A DNA stretch of 64,000 nucleotides, from the IMG/VR virus record IMGVR_UViG_3300025030_001854, positions 72,839 through 136,838 of that record. One strand, given 5' to 3'. Below the pieces are notes generated by a model. The model did not search any database, was not told the origin of the DNA, and worked only from the letters and a program-made list of their open reading frames with translations. Shown here in pieces: positions 38,578 to 48,679 of the stretch; the stretch's first letter is position 1; every line of letters begins with the position of its first letter. Both the position numbers and the translations under genes were made by a program. This DNA is from a virus.

Positions 38578-41500
38578 ATCAAATTTTTTGATACTAAACA
38601 TATAGGTAATCCTTCTGTCGCGAAAGCACTATTTAATAAATCTTCTTGAAGGGTTACCCTTGTTCCTCTTCCTGAAGTTATACATTTTCCACTATTTATA
38701 ATAGCATCAGTTGAAACAGAATCATACATCTGAAACTGATTAGATATTCCATATTGTTTAGATATATCTGGATTTTTTAAACCATTAGGTAACGGTTGTC
38801 CCCTAGATGCGGAAAAAATCATAGCACTATTAGTAAAGGTTAATCCGTCGTCAGGGGGCATTATTTCTATGGTTTCTCCAGGATTTAAAATCTCAATTGA
38901 ACTAAATGCTGGCCATAAAAGTTTGTTGTAATTTTCTGGATATGTCATAAACATTCCACTATATTCTTGGTAATCTGTAATTCTAAGTCCTGGTTTTCTT
39001 TGTTTCATGATTGATGGCGCTTCTAATACTGGACGATTAGTAGTAGAAGTTGGTTCAATAAAAAATTTGGGGTTTAATCTTGATAAAACTGGGGACATAT
39101 ATACTGGGTCATATAGTGGTTTGAGTTCGTCTCCCGAAGAAATATTTTCTAATATAATTCCCTCGGTGAATATAGCTGTATCGGCTTGACCTAAATACCC
39201 CATTTCTCCAGAGACGACACAATAACCAGAAGGATTAATAATATGTAAATCTTCATATGGAATAGCTTTATATTCTATAGAAACATTTTTAAAAGTAAAT
39301 GAAATTCTTACTCCCTCTCTATATCCGCTAATATCCATTCCCTGTCGTCTTTGTCTACATCTTTTAGACCAATATTCTTCTACGGTATCTGAAGAATCAT
39401 ATATAAAATTATCAAAAGAGTCTATTCTTCCATAGCCTGTAAACCGACTTTCGTCGTCTGGTTGAGGATAAAGTTTACCTGTTCTAGAAAAAGTAACAAA
39501 AGTATGAGAACCCTTGAGTCCCTCAAAACCATTAGAATGTGGAATAACAAATTTTAATTCTAGTCCATTATTAGGAAAATTATGGATATTTAACCAATCA
39601 CGTTCTCCTTTATGGAAATTAAGATGATAGTTTTCTCCATTTAGGGTTTTTCTTGCTTTAAGTGTTAATTTGCCCGAAGGAACTCCCTTTTTTGTTTCTG
39701 CCAAATGTCCATCTTCAATATATCCATCTCCACCCACCGTTGGATTGGAATAAACATTTATATGTAATGGATAACCAGCCTTAATAACTGAAACAATAGA
39801 GTAATTAGCATATCTTCCACCTTCTTCTAATTTTAGTCCACTAATAATATACTGACTTTCTTTCGTAGGGTCGTCAGTGCAATTAGGATTATCAGCATAC
39901 ATCTGTGAAACTTTTCTATTATTTACATATAGGTCAGTAAATCCTTGCACACTATTAGGATACATTAAACCGATTTCTACATCTCTATCAAACGGACCAA
40001 TAGTTATACCTGAAGAATCATACCATTCGCCGATAGATGAGGTTTTATTAATAATTGGGAATAAAGTTGATAAATCAAATTCTAAATACATTCCACTTCT
40101 AAAAGTAGTAATGAGATTCCCAGTATATCCTATTTTTGCATACTGAATAACAGAGCTGCTAGTAAACGGTAGAGGTAACGAACCAGTATATCCCAGTGGA
40201 TTATATCTTAATGAAGAAGCCCAAATAACTGTCCCTGTTGGAGAACTATTAAATAATAAAATTCCATCATCATCTTCTGGAGTTCTAAAACACTGATAAT
40301 CATAACATGGATAATCATCACTTCTATCTCGACAATAAATACTATAAGTTTGAGCTGAAAAGCCCAACCAAGCATCACCAATTATTTCGCGAGAATGATA
40401 TCCACCCTGCCCAGAGGCAGAATATAAACCATAATTTAATAACTCTTCTTGTCGTCCCCCAATATATTCAAAAAATAATGGGTCTTTTCCTGTCTCTATA
40501 TCAAATCGTTGGTCATTATTATCTGTAATTTGACAGGTCTGAGAGTAATAATCAGCAAATGTAGAATTAATCCCAGGAGTCATTCCCAACCTACCAGAAT
40601 TAATATTAAAAATAGGAGGAGTATAAATTAATTCTACTTCATCAGTAAACGCATCGTAAGCATGAAATAGTCCCAAAGATAATGGCCGCAAATCATATGT
40701 ATAAATATAATGTTCTGAATCTAAACCTGTAAACCATTTATGAGTCCAAACATCATATCCTGTAAGATAATATCCGTTTTCAAAATAGGTATTTATATCT
40801 GCATCTAAATTAAAGGTAGTATTATTTTTTCCAGAAGGAACAAATCCTTTATAAAGTGGAGCCCATTGATTATTAACCAAATTAATTCCTAGTCGTTTTT
40901 GAAATGGTTGGTCAACTTTTTTATTATTAATATCTAGAGATGACCATCCGACATCATTTGTTTCGAATATTTTGGTCATGATAGGGGCATTATTTGGATA
41001 TGCTAATCCCCCTAATCCATCTGGACGTTTTACTGGAATATATTTAATATTAGATGAGACTGTTCCATCAGAATTGATATGATATACCCCAAAAATTTCT
41101 TTTACCACTTCTTCTCTTACCTCTAAATTAAATTTTACTTTATAAGGAAATCCTCTAAGTTTTCCTACATATAAAGCATTAGCTCCTAATGCTTGTGGAT
41201 ATAAAAACTTACGATTTTCCGTATTAAATGGACCACTAGTAAATCTTGGAAGATAGTTGTCTGATGACTGAGTGGCCATGATTCTAGGAAATTCGTTTTC
41301 CATATCTTCTGGCAATGGAGAAAATGAAGACCATCCAGTATATTTAATATTACTTGTTTCTGGGAAGCTATTGTCCAAATAATAATATTCTCTTTGAATA
41401 CCTGATTCGTCAAATGCTATTTTTTTCACCAATCCAACTGTTTGCCCATTAACTAAATATCCACTAATAAATGTAATTGTCTTAACGTCGTCACCAATAA

Positions 41501-43325
41501 TATCTTCTTGATAGCTATCAATAATATTATTTAATTCAATAATTTGTCCACCACCACTTAATAAATAACCAGTATATTCAAAATGGGAATTTTTTAAAAC
41601 TTTAGAAACCAAACTATATTTTCCCTCAAAGAAATCACCCATAGAAAAAAATTGTTTAGTTATTTCGTCTCTATTGTTAAGTTCAGCAGAACCTATTTTG
41701 GTATAAAATTTAGCCCTTGCCCCATTTTCAGAATAACCATAAGTATTATTATCTTCTCCCGTCGCAATAGGAAAAGAAGAAACCGAATTACTTCTAGACG
41801 ATTCTGAGGAATAGCTCGCCCCTTTGGATGAAGTTTGAGATGGAAATAAAACGATTTTTGCCCTACTTCCAAATGTTTGATTATCAAATGTTTGAAAAAA
41901 AGCTAAAGCAGGTAAAGAACTAAATTCACTGGGTTGCGGTGGACCAAAATACCAATATTGTTTACCAAAACTTTCATTCCAGGTTTGTAAATCGTCCCCA
42001 ACCAAAGTTCCGTTATGAATAGGATTATGAGAATCAATAGTTAGCATTCTTTTGGATATATTTCCTGTATTACAAACCGGATTTGCCAAGAAATATTGAT
42101 AGTCTTCTTTATTTAAACCCTCTTCAGAAACAAATAATGGAGAAAATTTCCATCCAGTAAAATTAGAAGAAGCACAAGTAACACATTTAACTTCATCTGA
42201 GCACTTGATAACAGACCCAGTAAATCCTATGTGCATTGACTGGGCAACATTGGTGCAGTCCATAGATGCTGGACTTTTAGCGTATTCTTGGTATAACCCT
42301 ATTCTTCCAGGACTATCTGTTCTAACTGAAGACGAAGTAACCTTCACATTATTACCATTATTATCTACTTCATAGGAATAAAGTGTTCTTCTATTATGAT
42401 GCCAATCAGAAACCGGCATTCCAGATTTGTCGAAATGAATATAAGCATTTTTTACGTCAGAATTAAAATCTCCAGAAGATGGCGGTCCATCGTTGAAAAT
42501 CCTGTGAAATTTTATATTAGGCACTGGTCCGATATAAGATTTTGGGTCGCGACAAGGCACTGTTCTTAAATATGTAAAGGAAATTGGCTGACCATTAGCT
42601 CCTATAATATTAACATTATCTTCTACACAATCACTAACATCATCCCCAATAGCATCATAAAGTAATTCTCCAGATACATAATAATACTGATTTTCTATGT
42701 CTTTCAATATTTGGAGATTAGGTTGATGAAAAATTTTACTAGTATCATACCAATTATAATTTGATACTTCTGATTCTTTATTTCTATCTGACGTAGCAAT
42801 ATATGCAATAGTAGAAGAATAATCATTTGACAATAAAGATTCCACGGCACTAATAGAAAATGGATGAATTACTTCTCCTGTTCTTGTCGTTTCGAATGGA
42901 CTATTCTCGAAAACAATACTTCCAATATTATTTAATACTTGTCCTATAACTTTAGATAATGTTGAAATTTTGACCCCACCAGCCCCAATCATACAGTAAC
43001 CAAAAATAATAGCATGAGCAGCAATATTTAATAATTCTCTTTCATTTTCTGTATTATCTGGCAGATAGTTATTAATAATATATGCCATCGAACTTTCATA
43101 ATTTTTATAAGTAGAGGTCTGAGAAAAACCCACCGTATTTTCAATATCAGAATCTTCTTGCAGATAATTATAAAAATCATCCCCGGCATCCTGTCCAAGA
43201 TTAAAACCAGCCGCCATAGCCATGCACATCTTATTCCTAAACCCTTTTTTATTTAAAACGGCTAAACGAATATATACGGCAGATATACTTAAACCAAAAA
43301 TTGTTCTTAGACCATTATCTTCCAT
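38574..43325 (-). CDS. 1583-aa hypothetical, probable virion protein
   Basis: Very long ORF rich in G/S/T/Y/N, in the minus-strand late-type block; no enzyme motifs recognised. Confidence 0.6.
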   Translation of the reverse strand: MEDNGLRTIFGLSISAVYIRLAVLNKKGFRNKMCMAMAAGFNLGQDAGDDFYNYLQEDSDIENTVGFSQTSTYKNYESSMAYIINNYLPDNTENERELLNIAAHAIIFGYCMIGAGGVKISTLSKVIGQVLNNIGSIVFENSPFETTRTGEVIHPFSISAVESLLSNDYSSTIAYIATSDRNKESEVSNYNWYDTSKIFHQPNLQILKDIENQYYYVSGELLYDAIGDDVSDCVEDNVNIIGANGQPISFTYLRTVPCRDPKSYIGPVPNIKFHRIFNDGPPSSGDFNSDVKNAYIHFDKSGMPVSDWHHNRRTLYSYEVDNNGNNVKVTSSSVRTDSPGRIGLYQEYAKSPASMDCTNVAQSMHIGFTGSVIKCSDEVKCVTCASSNFTGWKFSPLFVSEEGLNKEDYQYFLANPVCNTGNISKRMLTIDSHNPIHNGTLVGDDLQTWNESFGKQYWYFGPPQPSEFSSLPALAFFQTFDNQTFGSRAKIVLFPSQTSSKGASYSSESSRSNSVSSFPIATGEDNNTYGYSENGARAKFYTKIGSAELNNRDEITKQFFSMGDFFEGKYSLVSKVLKNSHFEYTGYLLSGGGQIIELNNIIDSYQEDIIGDDVKTITFISGYLVNGQTVGLVKKIAFDESGIQREYYYLDNSFPETSNIKYTGWSSFSPLPEDMENEFPRIMATQSSDNYLPRFTSGPFNTENRKFLYPQALGANALYVGKLRGFPYKVKFNLEVREEVVKEIFGVYHINSDGTVSSNIKYIPVKRPDGLGGLAYPNNAPIMTKIFETNDVGWSSLDINNKKVDQPFQKRLGINLVNNQWAPLYKGFVPSGKNNTTFNLDADINTYFENGYYLTGYDVWTHKWFTGLDSEHYIYTYDLRPLSLGLFHAYDAFTDEVELIYTPPIFNINSGRLGMTPGINSTFADYYSQTCQITDNNDQRFDIETGKDPLFFEYIGGRQEELLNYGLYSASGQGGYHSREIIGDAWLGFSAQTYSIYCRDRSDDYPCYDYQCFRTPEDDDGILLFNSSPTGTVIWASSLRYNPLGYTGSLPLPFTSSSVIQYAKIGYTGNLITTFRSGMYLEFDLSTLFPIINKTSSIGEWYDSSGITIGPFDRDVEIGLMYPNSVQGFTDLYVNNRKVSQMYADNPNCTDDPTKESQYIISGLKLEEGGRYANYSIVSVIKAGYPLHINVYSNPTVGGDGYIEDGHLAETKKGVPSGKLTLKARKTLNGENYHLNFHKGERDWLNIHNFPNNGLELKFVIPHSNGFEGLKGSHTFVTFSRTGKLYPQPDDESRFTGYGRIDSFDNFIYDSSDTVEEYWSKRCRQRRQGMDISGYREGVRISFTFKNVSIEYKAIPYEDLHIINPSGYCVVSGEMGYLGQADTAIFTEGIILENISSGDELKPLYDPVYMSPVLSRLNPKFFIEPTSTTNRPVLEAPSIMKQRKPGLRITDYQEYSGMFMTYPENYNKLLWPAFSSIEILNPGETIEIMPPDDGLTFTNSAMIFSASRGQPLPNGLKNPDISKQYGISNQFQMYDSVSTDAIINSGKCITSGRGTRVTLQEDLLNSAFATEGLPICLVSKNLI

Positions 43326-43327
43326 TT

Positions 43328-46300
43328 TTATCCTTCTTCTCCTCTTATATTAAACTGACTATACAAATTTGAAGCATAATTCTGAGCATCATTAAAAGCC
43401 GTAATATTACCCACTAATACGCTACTCATATGTCCAGCCCCTAAGTGTAAAGTCGGAGTAATAAAATTACAATGTTCAGAACCTCCATCTTGGCAGGGAG
43501 ATATTCCAACTATATCGGTATTTGTCTCAGGGAAATAAGATGTCCCAACATTAAGCATTCCACGAGTAATCCTAGCGTGAGGAGTATTAATTGGACTTCT
43601 AAATATAACATCACTATCTTTGCTAGATAGTTCATCTGTTATAATTAAACTTCCGTTACTTTTTTCATTAGCAATGGGAACAAGCCTTAATTTCTTTTTT
43701 TGTCGATTTGCGTTTTCTTCGACATAATTAAATAATTTTTGTGCTTTTCCTCCAGGGAAAAATCCTTGCCCATATCTCATACTTAAACATGGGTCAAAAC
43801 AATCTCCAGCCATCAATCTTGATGGAGGACAACTATACGCTGAAAAATCTGGGCTTCCGGCCAATTGAGAAGCGGTCATAACATAATCACACACTGTAGA
43901 ATTAAATCCTGGATAATTTTCCTCACAGGAAAAAGAGATATCCCCATATGGTTTAGAAGTTCCCTCGGTTCCCCGTTTACCCCACCAAATATTTCTAATA
44001 GACGGTAAATCCATAAAACCAAGATTGCTTCGTTTAGCATTTATTTGATTGACTAATGAAACATGGTTAGCGGAAGACTCTTTTTTTACATATAATCCAT
44101 ATATTGATGGGGCATCAAACATCATATTAAATCTTCTTCCCCATGCCATTGAATAGAATCCTAAAGAAATTCCATTTCCATTTCTATCTCTATTATGACG
44201 TTTTACTTTCCACTGATAGGCATATGGGCCATACATCGGCCTTCTTTCCAAATATGTATTGTTTGGTTGTCCCAACCAAAAATATTGAATAGCAGAATTC
44301 ATTGCTCTTAATCCAGGACAAATAAAAGTCTCATTTCTTACATTTTTCTTTTTTACTGGGTCACATAATATATAAAATCTATCAAAAGCTTCAATATAAT
44401 AAAGCATATTTCTACCAAATCCATTATTTGTATATCCACAATTCAATCCAGCTAAATCAGTGGGACGAATTAAAGCTTTCGCTTCTTCTAATAATCGTTC
44501 TGAGGCTTCCTCATTTTTTGGTGCTCCAGCCCCAATAAATTGAATATCTCTATCTTTTACAGTAGATATTTTTCCAAAACGTTTAATAGAGCCCAAATTA
44601 TTGCCCCATTGCCAATGACCGATACCCTTATTTGGATAATTTAATTCTCCATAATTCGTAACCGGAGGATATAATTCAGCAATAGTTGACAAACTAGATA
44701 ATTTCATTCCTTTTCTAGTATCTTTTGTAGCAACAGCTTTTTGTTTTAATGTCCAATGTGTAACTCGATAATTATTAAAATATACCATTGTTCTTATACC
44801 ACGTTTTCCAATAGGCATACTATAGTTTTCGCATTCTGGCAAATGTTTATATCCATACAAGAGATTACCTTCTTGTTGGTTAAGAAGCTTGCTAAATGGA
44901 ATAAGACTACCATAATCAAGAAGATGTCCCCACGATTCTCTTAATCCCCGTGTGTCTGTTAAAGTGGATGGTTTATAGCTTCTCGTTGCCCCAACATAAC
45001 CAATACTTCCAACAAAACGATAAGCCGATACATCTCCCCATCCTGCATTTGGTGGTGGAATTTTTTGCTCAATCACACTCTCAGGAATTGCATGTGGGTC
45101 TTCTTGATATCCACAATAAGGACCAATAAAAGAATATACTTCTGGACTAATAGATATAATTTGCAATTCATCATTTTTATCAAATACTTCAAAGTCTACT
45201 CTAATGTCTCCATTAGCATTCGAGGCATTTTTAACAGAAACATCAAATCTCAACCAGTCTTCTATTATTAATTCAGAAGGATTGCTCATTCTTATGCCAA
45301 ATCTTCCTGACGCTAAACAAAAATAATAATAATCACTATCTTCATCTTTTATAGTCCCTTGAATAAAAGAATAATCATCTTCACTATTATTTTCTGGGGA
45401 ATAAACTGGAGAGCAATCTAACGGATGAATAATGGTGCAAGTATTAGAATCTCCTTCTAAAGCACACCAATTTCCTCCCGTATTAGATGGTTCAGTCAAT
45501 TCAAAATTACTACTTGATAGAAATTCGGGATATTTATCTTTTTTAACTCTATGCCATTTATATTGTAATGGATATAGGTTGCGTTTATTTTTATTAAATA
45601 TCTTTAATTTTTCGCACCAAAAGGCAATTTCTGGATATCTAGTGGTCATCTTATCTTCTGGAATAGAATGATAATCTACCGCTGAACATCTTAAAGTTGG
45701 ATGTTGTCCTATTTTACAATGAACTTTAGGTAATGGTTGCTGAGTGAAAATAGGAGTAAAACAAGAAAAATTTTTATCTAATTGTCCTATTTCATTATAA
45801 CCAATTGCTAACCAACCGCTTGGAGAATATTTTCTTCCTAAAGTATCTAAAATTAGTCCGCTAAGAACAGGTTCATACGAAGGAGTCGGAATCATTTTAT
45901 TAAATCTAATATCATTAAAAAATCCAGGATAATAAAAAGTATTTTGGGAAAAGGATAAAGTCGCCAACGTGTCCATCAAACCTGAAATCGCGCCTCTACT
46001 TCCATAAGCCCCCTCAAAAAATCTTCTTTTTACATCTGGTAATTCTGAATTTGTCCCCCAAGAAAAAGGCATTCTCGACCACCCTGTATGCTCTAAATAA
46101 TCTTTAGATTTATCAAATGAAAAATAAATATGATTTAGCGGGAATAAATCAATCGGATTTCCATGAATGAAATTTTCCATGTATCTTGTCATCATCCGTT
46201 TTTCTCGTCCAGAAATAATTGATTGATAAAAAGATTCGTTTATACCATTATCGTCCCTGATATAATATCCATATCTATCTTCTAAAACTTGCCACCAATC

Positions 46301-48070
46301 CAATCCTGCTCCCGATAAAATTTGAATATAATTTTGTCTAAATTGATTATAACTATTATTTGTAAATAATAAATCAGAAACTTTGCCACTAGTTACGACA
46401 AATTTAGTACTAGCTAACCCCTCTTGAACGATAATCTGAGGTTCATTTCCACTAAAAGAAGCTAATCCACTAGTAAAAATGTCCTGAAATTTTCGATAAA
46501 GTTGATTAATAGAAAATTCAAATCTAGGATATTGACTAATAATCCAAGAATATTCTGCCGAACCAGTAATTCCAGAATAGTTTGCCCATAAGAAAAACCC
46601 TTTATTAAAAGCATACATATTGGAATACTTTTCTTCCATTTGCGCTGTTCTTAATAAGTTGTCATAAGCAGAAAAACTCCATTTTCCATTGGTATCTAAA
46701 GAATCAGGTTCAGTTGATTCTTTGTCGAACTCTAGGGGCTCTGTTTGTTGAGGTAATTCTGAAGCATTTTCTACTCCGCTCCATGGATAATCAAGAGCTA
46801 AAGTTTTACAACTATTAAGAAATCTTGTTCCATAAAAACCAAATTTTCTAATAGCTGCATAATAAGGAATATCAAAATGCGTTGATGGGCAGGCATATAT
46901 AGAAGCTCCGACAGTCCAAGGAAGAAAATCTACCGTATCTGGACATTGACGATTTTGCCAATAAGATTTTTCATGAGATAATGTTGGTTGAAAAAGTAAT
47001 GTTCCTTCACTTGGACTTCTATAAGTTATACCTTCTCTTATTTGGTTGAAGTTATTATAAAATGGAATAGTAGAAGCATTATCTTCAAATGTAAAATGCC
47101 AATAATGCCAAGGGTCAGCCCCAGCAAAACTTACTTGGTCACCAATACTTCCATATAAAATATCAGGAGCTTCAATTAACTGAACCCCATTGGTCCCTTT
47201 CCCGACGCTAGTATCTGTTTCCATTAAATTCGCTAAACAAAGAGCGTTATTTAATTTGTTTGTTTGAGAAGAATAAGAATATTGAGGAATAGGTTTTCCG
47301 CTACTATCAAAAGACACGTAATTATAATCTTCGTCACTAGTAGTAGAATATCTTCCGTTAACTTTAATATCGAAATTATCTAATGAAGTTGGAATTGGAT
47401 TCTGGTTATATGGAGTAGTTGCCCCAAGAGCATTAGTTGTTCCTTGAATTAATGAAAATTGAAATTCATCATAATAAACTTGAACCGCAACAGTACTTTG
47501 TGGACATACTTCTTTTGGACTGTATATCGGGGAAAAAGAATTTGCGCTTAATGTATTAGTAGATAAAGTTACATCTGAAGCACTTTTAGAAACAATACCA
47601 AACATCTCATTATATTCTGTTACAGTTAACGGAGAACAAGAACCCATGTCTAATGCTTGAGTTGCATCTTGGTTAGCATTAAAAATATTAATGTTTTCTC
47701 CATACGGAGGAAGAAAGTATCCTCCTGGATAAAAAGCATTATAGAAATTAAATCCATCATAAAACGAATCTTTGTCATGCCCAAACCCATGGCATGAACC
47801 ATAAAGAATAGCTTTATCATAATAATATAAAACGCCAGTCCTATCACTTACTGCTACTTCTGAAGAAGTAAATTTTCTAGCCACGCCAGATTTTCTATGA
47901 ACTTTATTATCTAAATATGCTCCAAATGGTGGTTCAAAATTTTCGGTTGGATAAGAAGGACTTGAAAATTCAAACATCTTTCCCCTGATACCCCTATTAT
48001 GAATTTTAAAATAAAATCCAGTTAAGATATCATTTTCAACTGTAACCCCAGGAAATTCTCCAATTTTCAT
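43328..48070 (-). CDS. 1580-aa probable virion protein with an Ig-like segment
   Basis: PIFTQQP...LRCSA...LQYKW...YYFCLASGRFG...SNPSEL (~45265-45760); many Cys. Confidence 0.6.
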   Translation of the reverse strand: MKIGEFPGVTVENDILTGFYFKIHNRGIRGKMFEFSSPSYPTENFEPPFGAYLDNKVHRKSGVARKFTSSEVAVSDRTGVLYYYDKAILYGSCHGFGHDKDSFYDGFNFYNAFYPGGYFLPPYGENINIFNANQDATQALDMGSCSPLTVTEYNEMFGIVSKSASDVTLSTNTLSANSFSPIYSPKEVCPQSTVAVQVYYDEFQFSLIQGTTNALGATTPYNQNPIPTSLDNFDIKVNGRYSTTSDEDYNYVSFDSSGKPIPQYSYSSQTNKLNNALCLANLMETDTSVGKGTNGVQLIEAPDILYGSIGDQVSFAGADPWHYWHFTFEDNASTIPFYNNFNQIREGITYRSPSEGTLLFQPTLSHEKSYWQNRQCPDTVDFLPWTVGASIYACPSTHFDIPYYAAIRKFGFYGTRFLNSCKTLALDYPWSGVENASELPQQTEPLEFDKESTEPDSLDTNGKWSFSAYDNLLRTAQMEEKYSNMYAFNKGFFLWANYSGITGSAEYSWIISQYPRFEFSINQLYRKFQDIFTSGLASFSGNEPQIIVQEGLASTKFVVTSGKVSDLLFTNNSYNQFRQNYIQILSGAGLDWWQVLEDRYGYYIRDDNGINESFYQSIISGREKRMMTRYMENFIHGNPIDLFPLNHIYFSFDKSKDYLEHTGWSRMPFSWGTNSELPDVKRRFFEGAYGSRGAISGLMDTLATLSFSQNTFYYPGFFNDIRFNKMIPTPSYEPVLSGLILDTLGRKYSPSGWLAIGYNEIGQLDKNFSCFTPIFTQQPLPKVHCKIGQHPTLRCSAVDYHSIPEDKMTTRYPEIAFWCEKLKIFNKNKRNLYPLQYKWHRVKKDKYPEFLSSSNFELTEPSNTGGNWCALEGDSNTCTIIHPLDCSPVYSPENNSEDDYSFIQGTIKDEDSDYYYFCLASGRFGIRMSNPSELIIEDWLRFDVSVKNASNANGDIRVDFEVFDKNDELQIISISPEVYSFIGPYCGYQEDPHAIPESVIEQKIPPPNAGWGDVSAYRFVGSIGYVGATRSYKPSTLTDTRGLRESWGHLLDYGSLIPFSKLLNQQEGNLLYGYKHLPECENYSMPIGKRGIRTMVYFNNYRVTHWTLKQKAVATKDTRKGMKLSSLSTIAELYPPVTNYGELNYPNKGIGHWQWGNNLGSIKRFGKISTVKDRDIQFIGAGAPKNEEASERLLEEAKALIRPTDLAGLNCGYTNNGFGRNMLYYIEAFDRFYILCDPVKKKNVRNETFICPGLRAMNSAIQYFWLGQPNNTYLERRPMYGPYAYQWKVKRHNRDRNGNGISLGFYSMAWGRRFNMMFDAPSIYGLYVKKESSANHVSLVNQINAKRSNLGFMDLPSIRNIWWGKRGTEGTSKPYGDISFSCEENYPGFNSTVCDYVMTASQLAGSPDFSAYSCPPSRLMAGDCFDPCLSMRYGQGFFPGGKAQKLFNYVEENANRQKKKLRLVPIANEKSNGSLIITDELSSKDSDVIFRSPINTPHARITRGMLNVGTSYFPETNTDIVGISPCQDGGSEHCNFITPTLHLGAGHMSSVLVGNITAFNDAQNYASNLYSQFNIRGEEG

Positions 48071-48080
48071 GTAATTTTGT

Positions 48081-48109
48081 TTGACTTTTGCCTTATCTTA
48101 TGATATTAT
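48081..48109 (+). promoter_or_regulatory. sigma70-type promoter with extended -10
   Basis: TTGACT 48081-48086, 17 nt, TG-n-TATTAT 48104-48109. Confidence 0.6.
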
Positions 48110-48118
48110 TAATTACAC
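48110..48118 (-). promoter_or_regulatory. GTGTAATTA motif upstream of the 1580-aa gene
   Basis: Same 9-mer as at 7730-7738 and 61233-61241. Confidence 0.5.
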
Positions 48119-48131
48119 AAGGTTATACATT

Positions 48132-48677
48132 ATGTTTCATATATACCATCCGACTAAAACTAATAAGGGGTTTGCCTGTTCATTCTGGTTTTCAATAAGA
48201 GAAAAGTGTGTTTTTGCTACTATTGTTAAACAAGCTGGATGGGACGAAAAAGCAGACAACGGTCTTTTTAAAGCAAGTTTAGAAGACCCAACAAAGCACG
48301 TTAATATTAAATTATCAGATATAGAAGTCGGACATATTTTAGAATGTCTAGATAAAAATCGCGATTTCAAAACATATCATGATAATGAACTGAAACCAAA
48401 ACATATATCTTTTACTACATGGATGGGAGCCGCTCAAAAAGATGTCTCTGGAGCAGTTATTAAAGAAGCCTGCCAGCAAGGATTTTCTTTCTCTATCTCT
48501 GTAATTGACAAGGAAGACTCTACTAATAAAAATAGTTTCTATATAGGTTTAAATTTTGGAGAAGCAAGACTGTTAAGAGAGTTTCTATTGTTTGCCCTTC
48601 ACCATTTCTTTGAAGAAAGAACATCTTTAGCTGCGAATAAAAACAATAATTCAAAGTCTAAAACAATAGATATTTAA
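48132..48677 (+). CDS. Whirly-like ssDNA-binding protein
   Basis: Colinear motifs with plant Whirly (see findings); ATG 48132 preferred because the TTG at 48081 is the -35 box. Confidence 0.55.
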   Translation: MFHIYHPTKTNKGFACSFWFSIREKCVFATIVKQAGWDEKADNGLFKASLEDPTKHVNIKLSDIEVGHILECLDKNRDFKTYHDNELKPKHISFTTWMGAAQKDVSGAVIKEACQQGFSFSISVIDKEDSTNKNSFYIGLNFGEARLLREFLLFALHHFFEERTSLAANKNNNSKSKTIDI

Positions 48678-48679
48678 TT

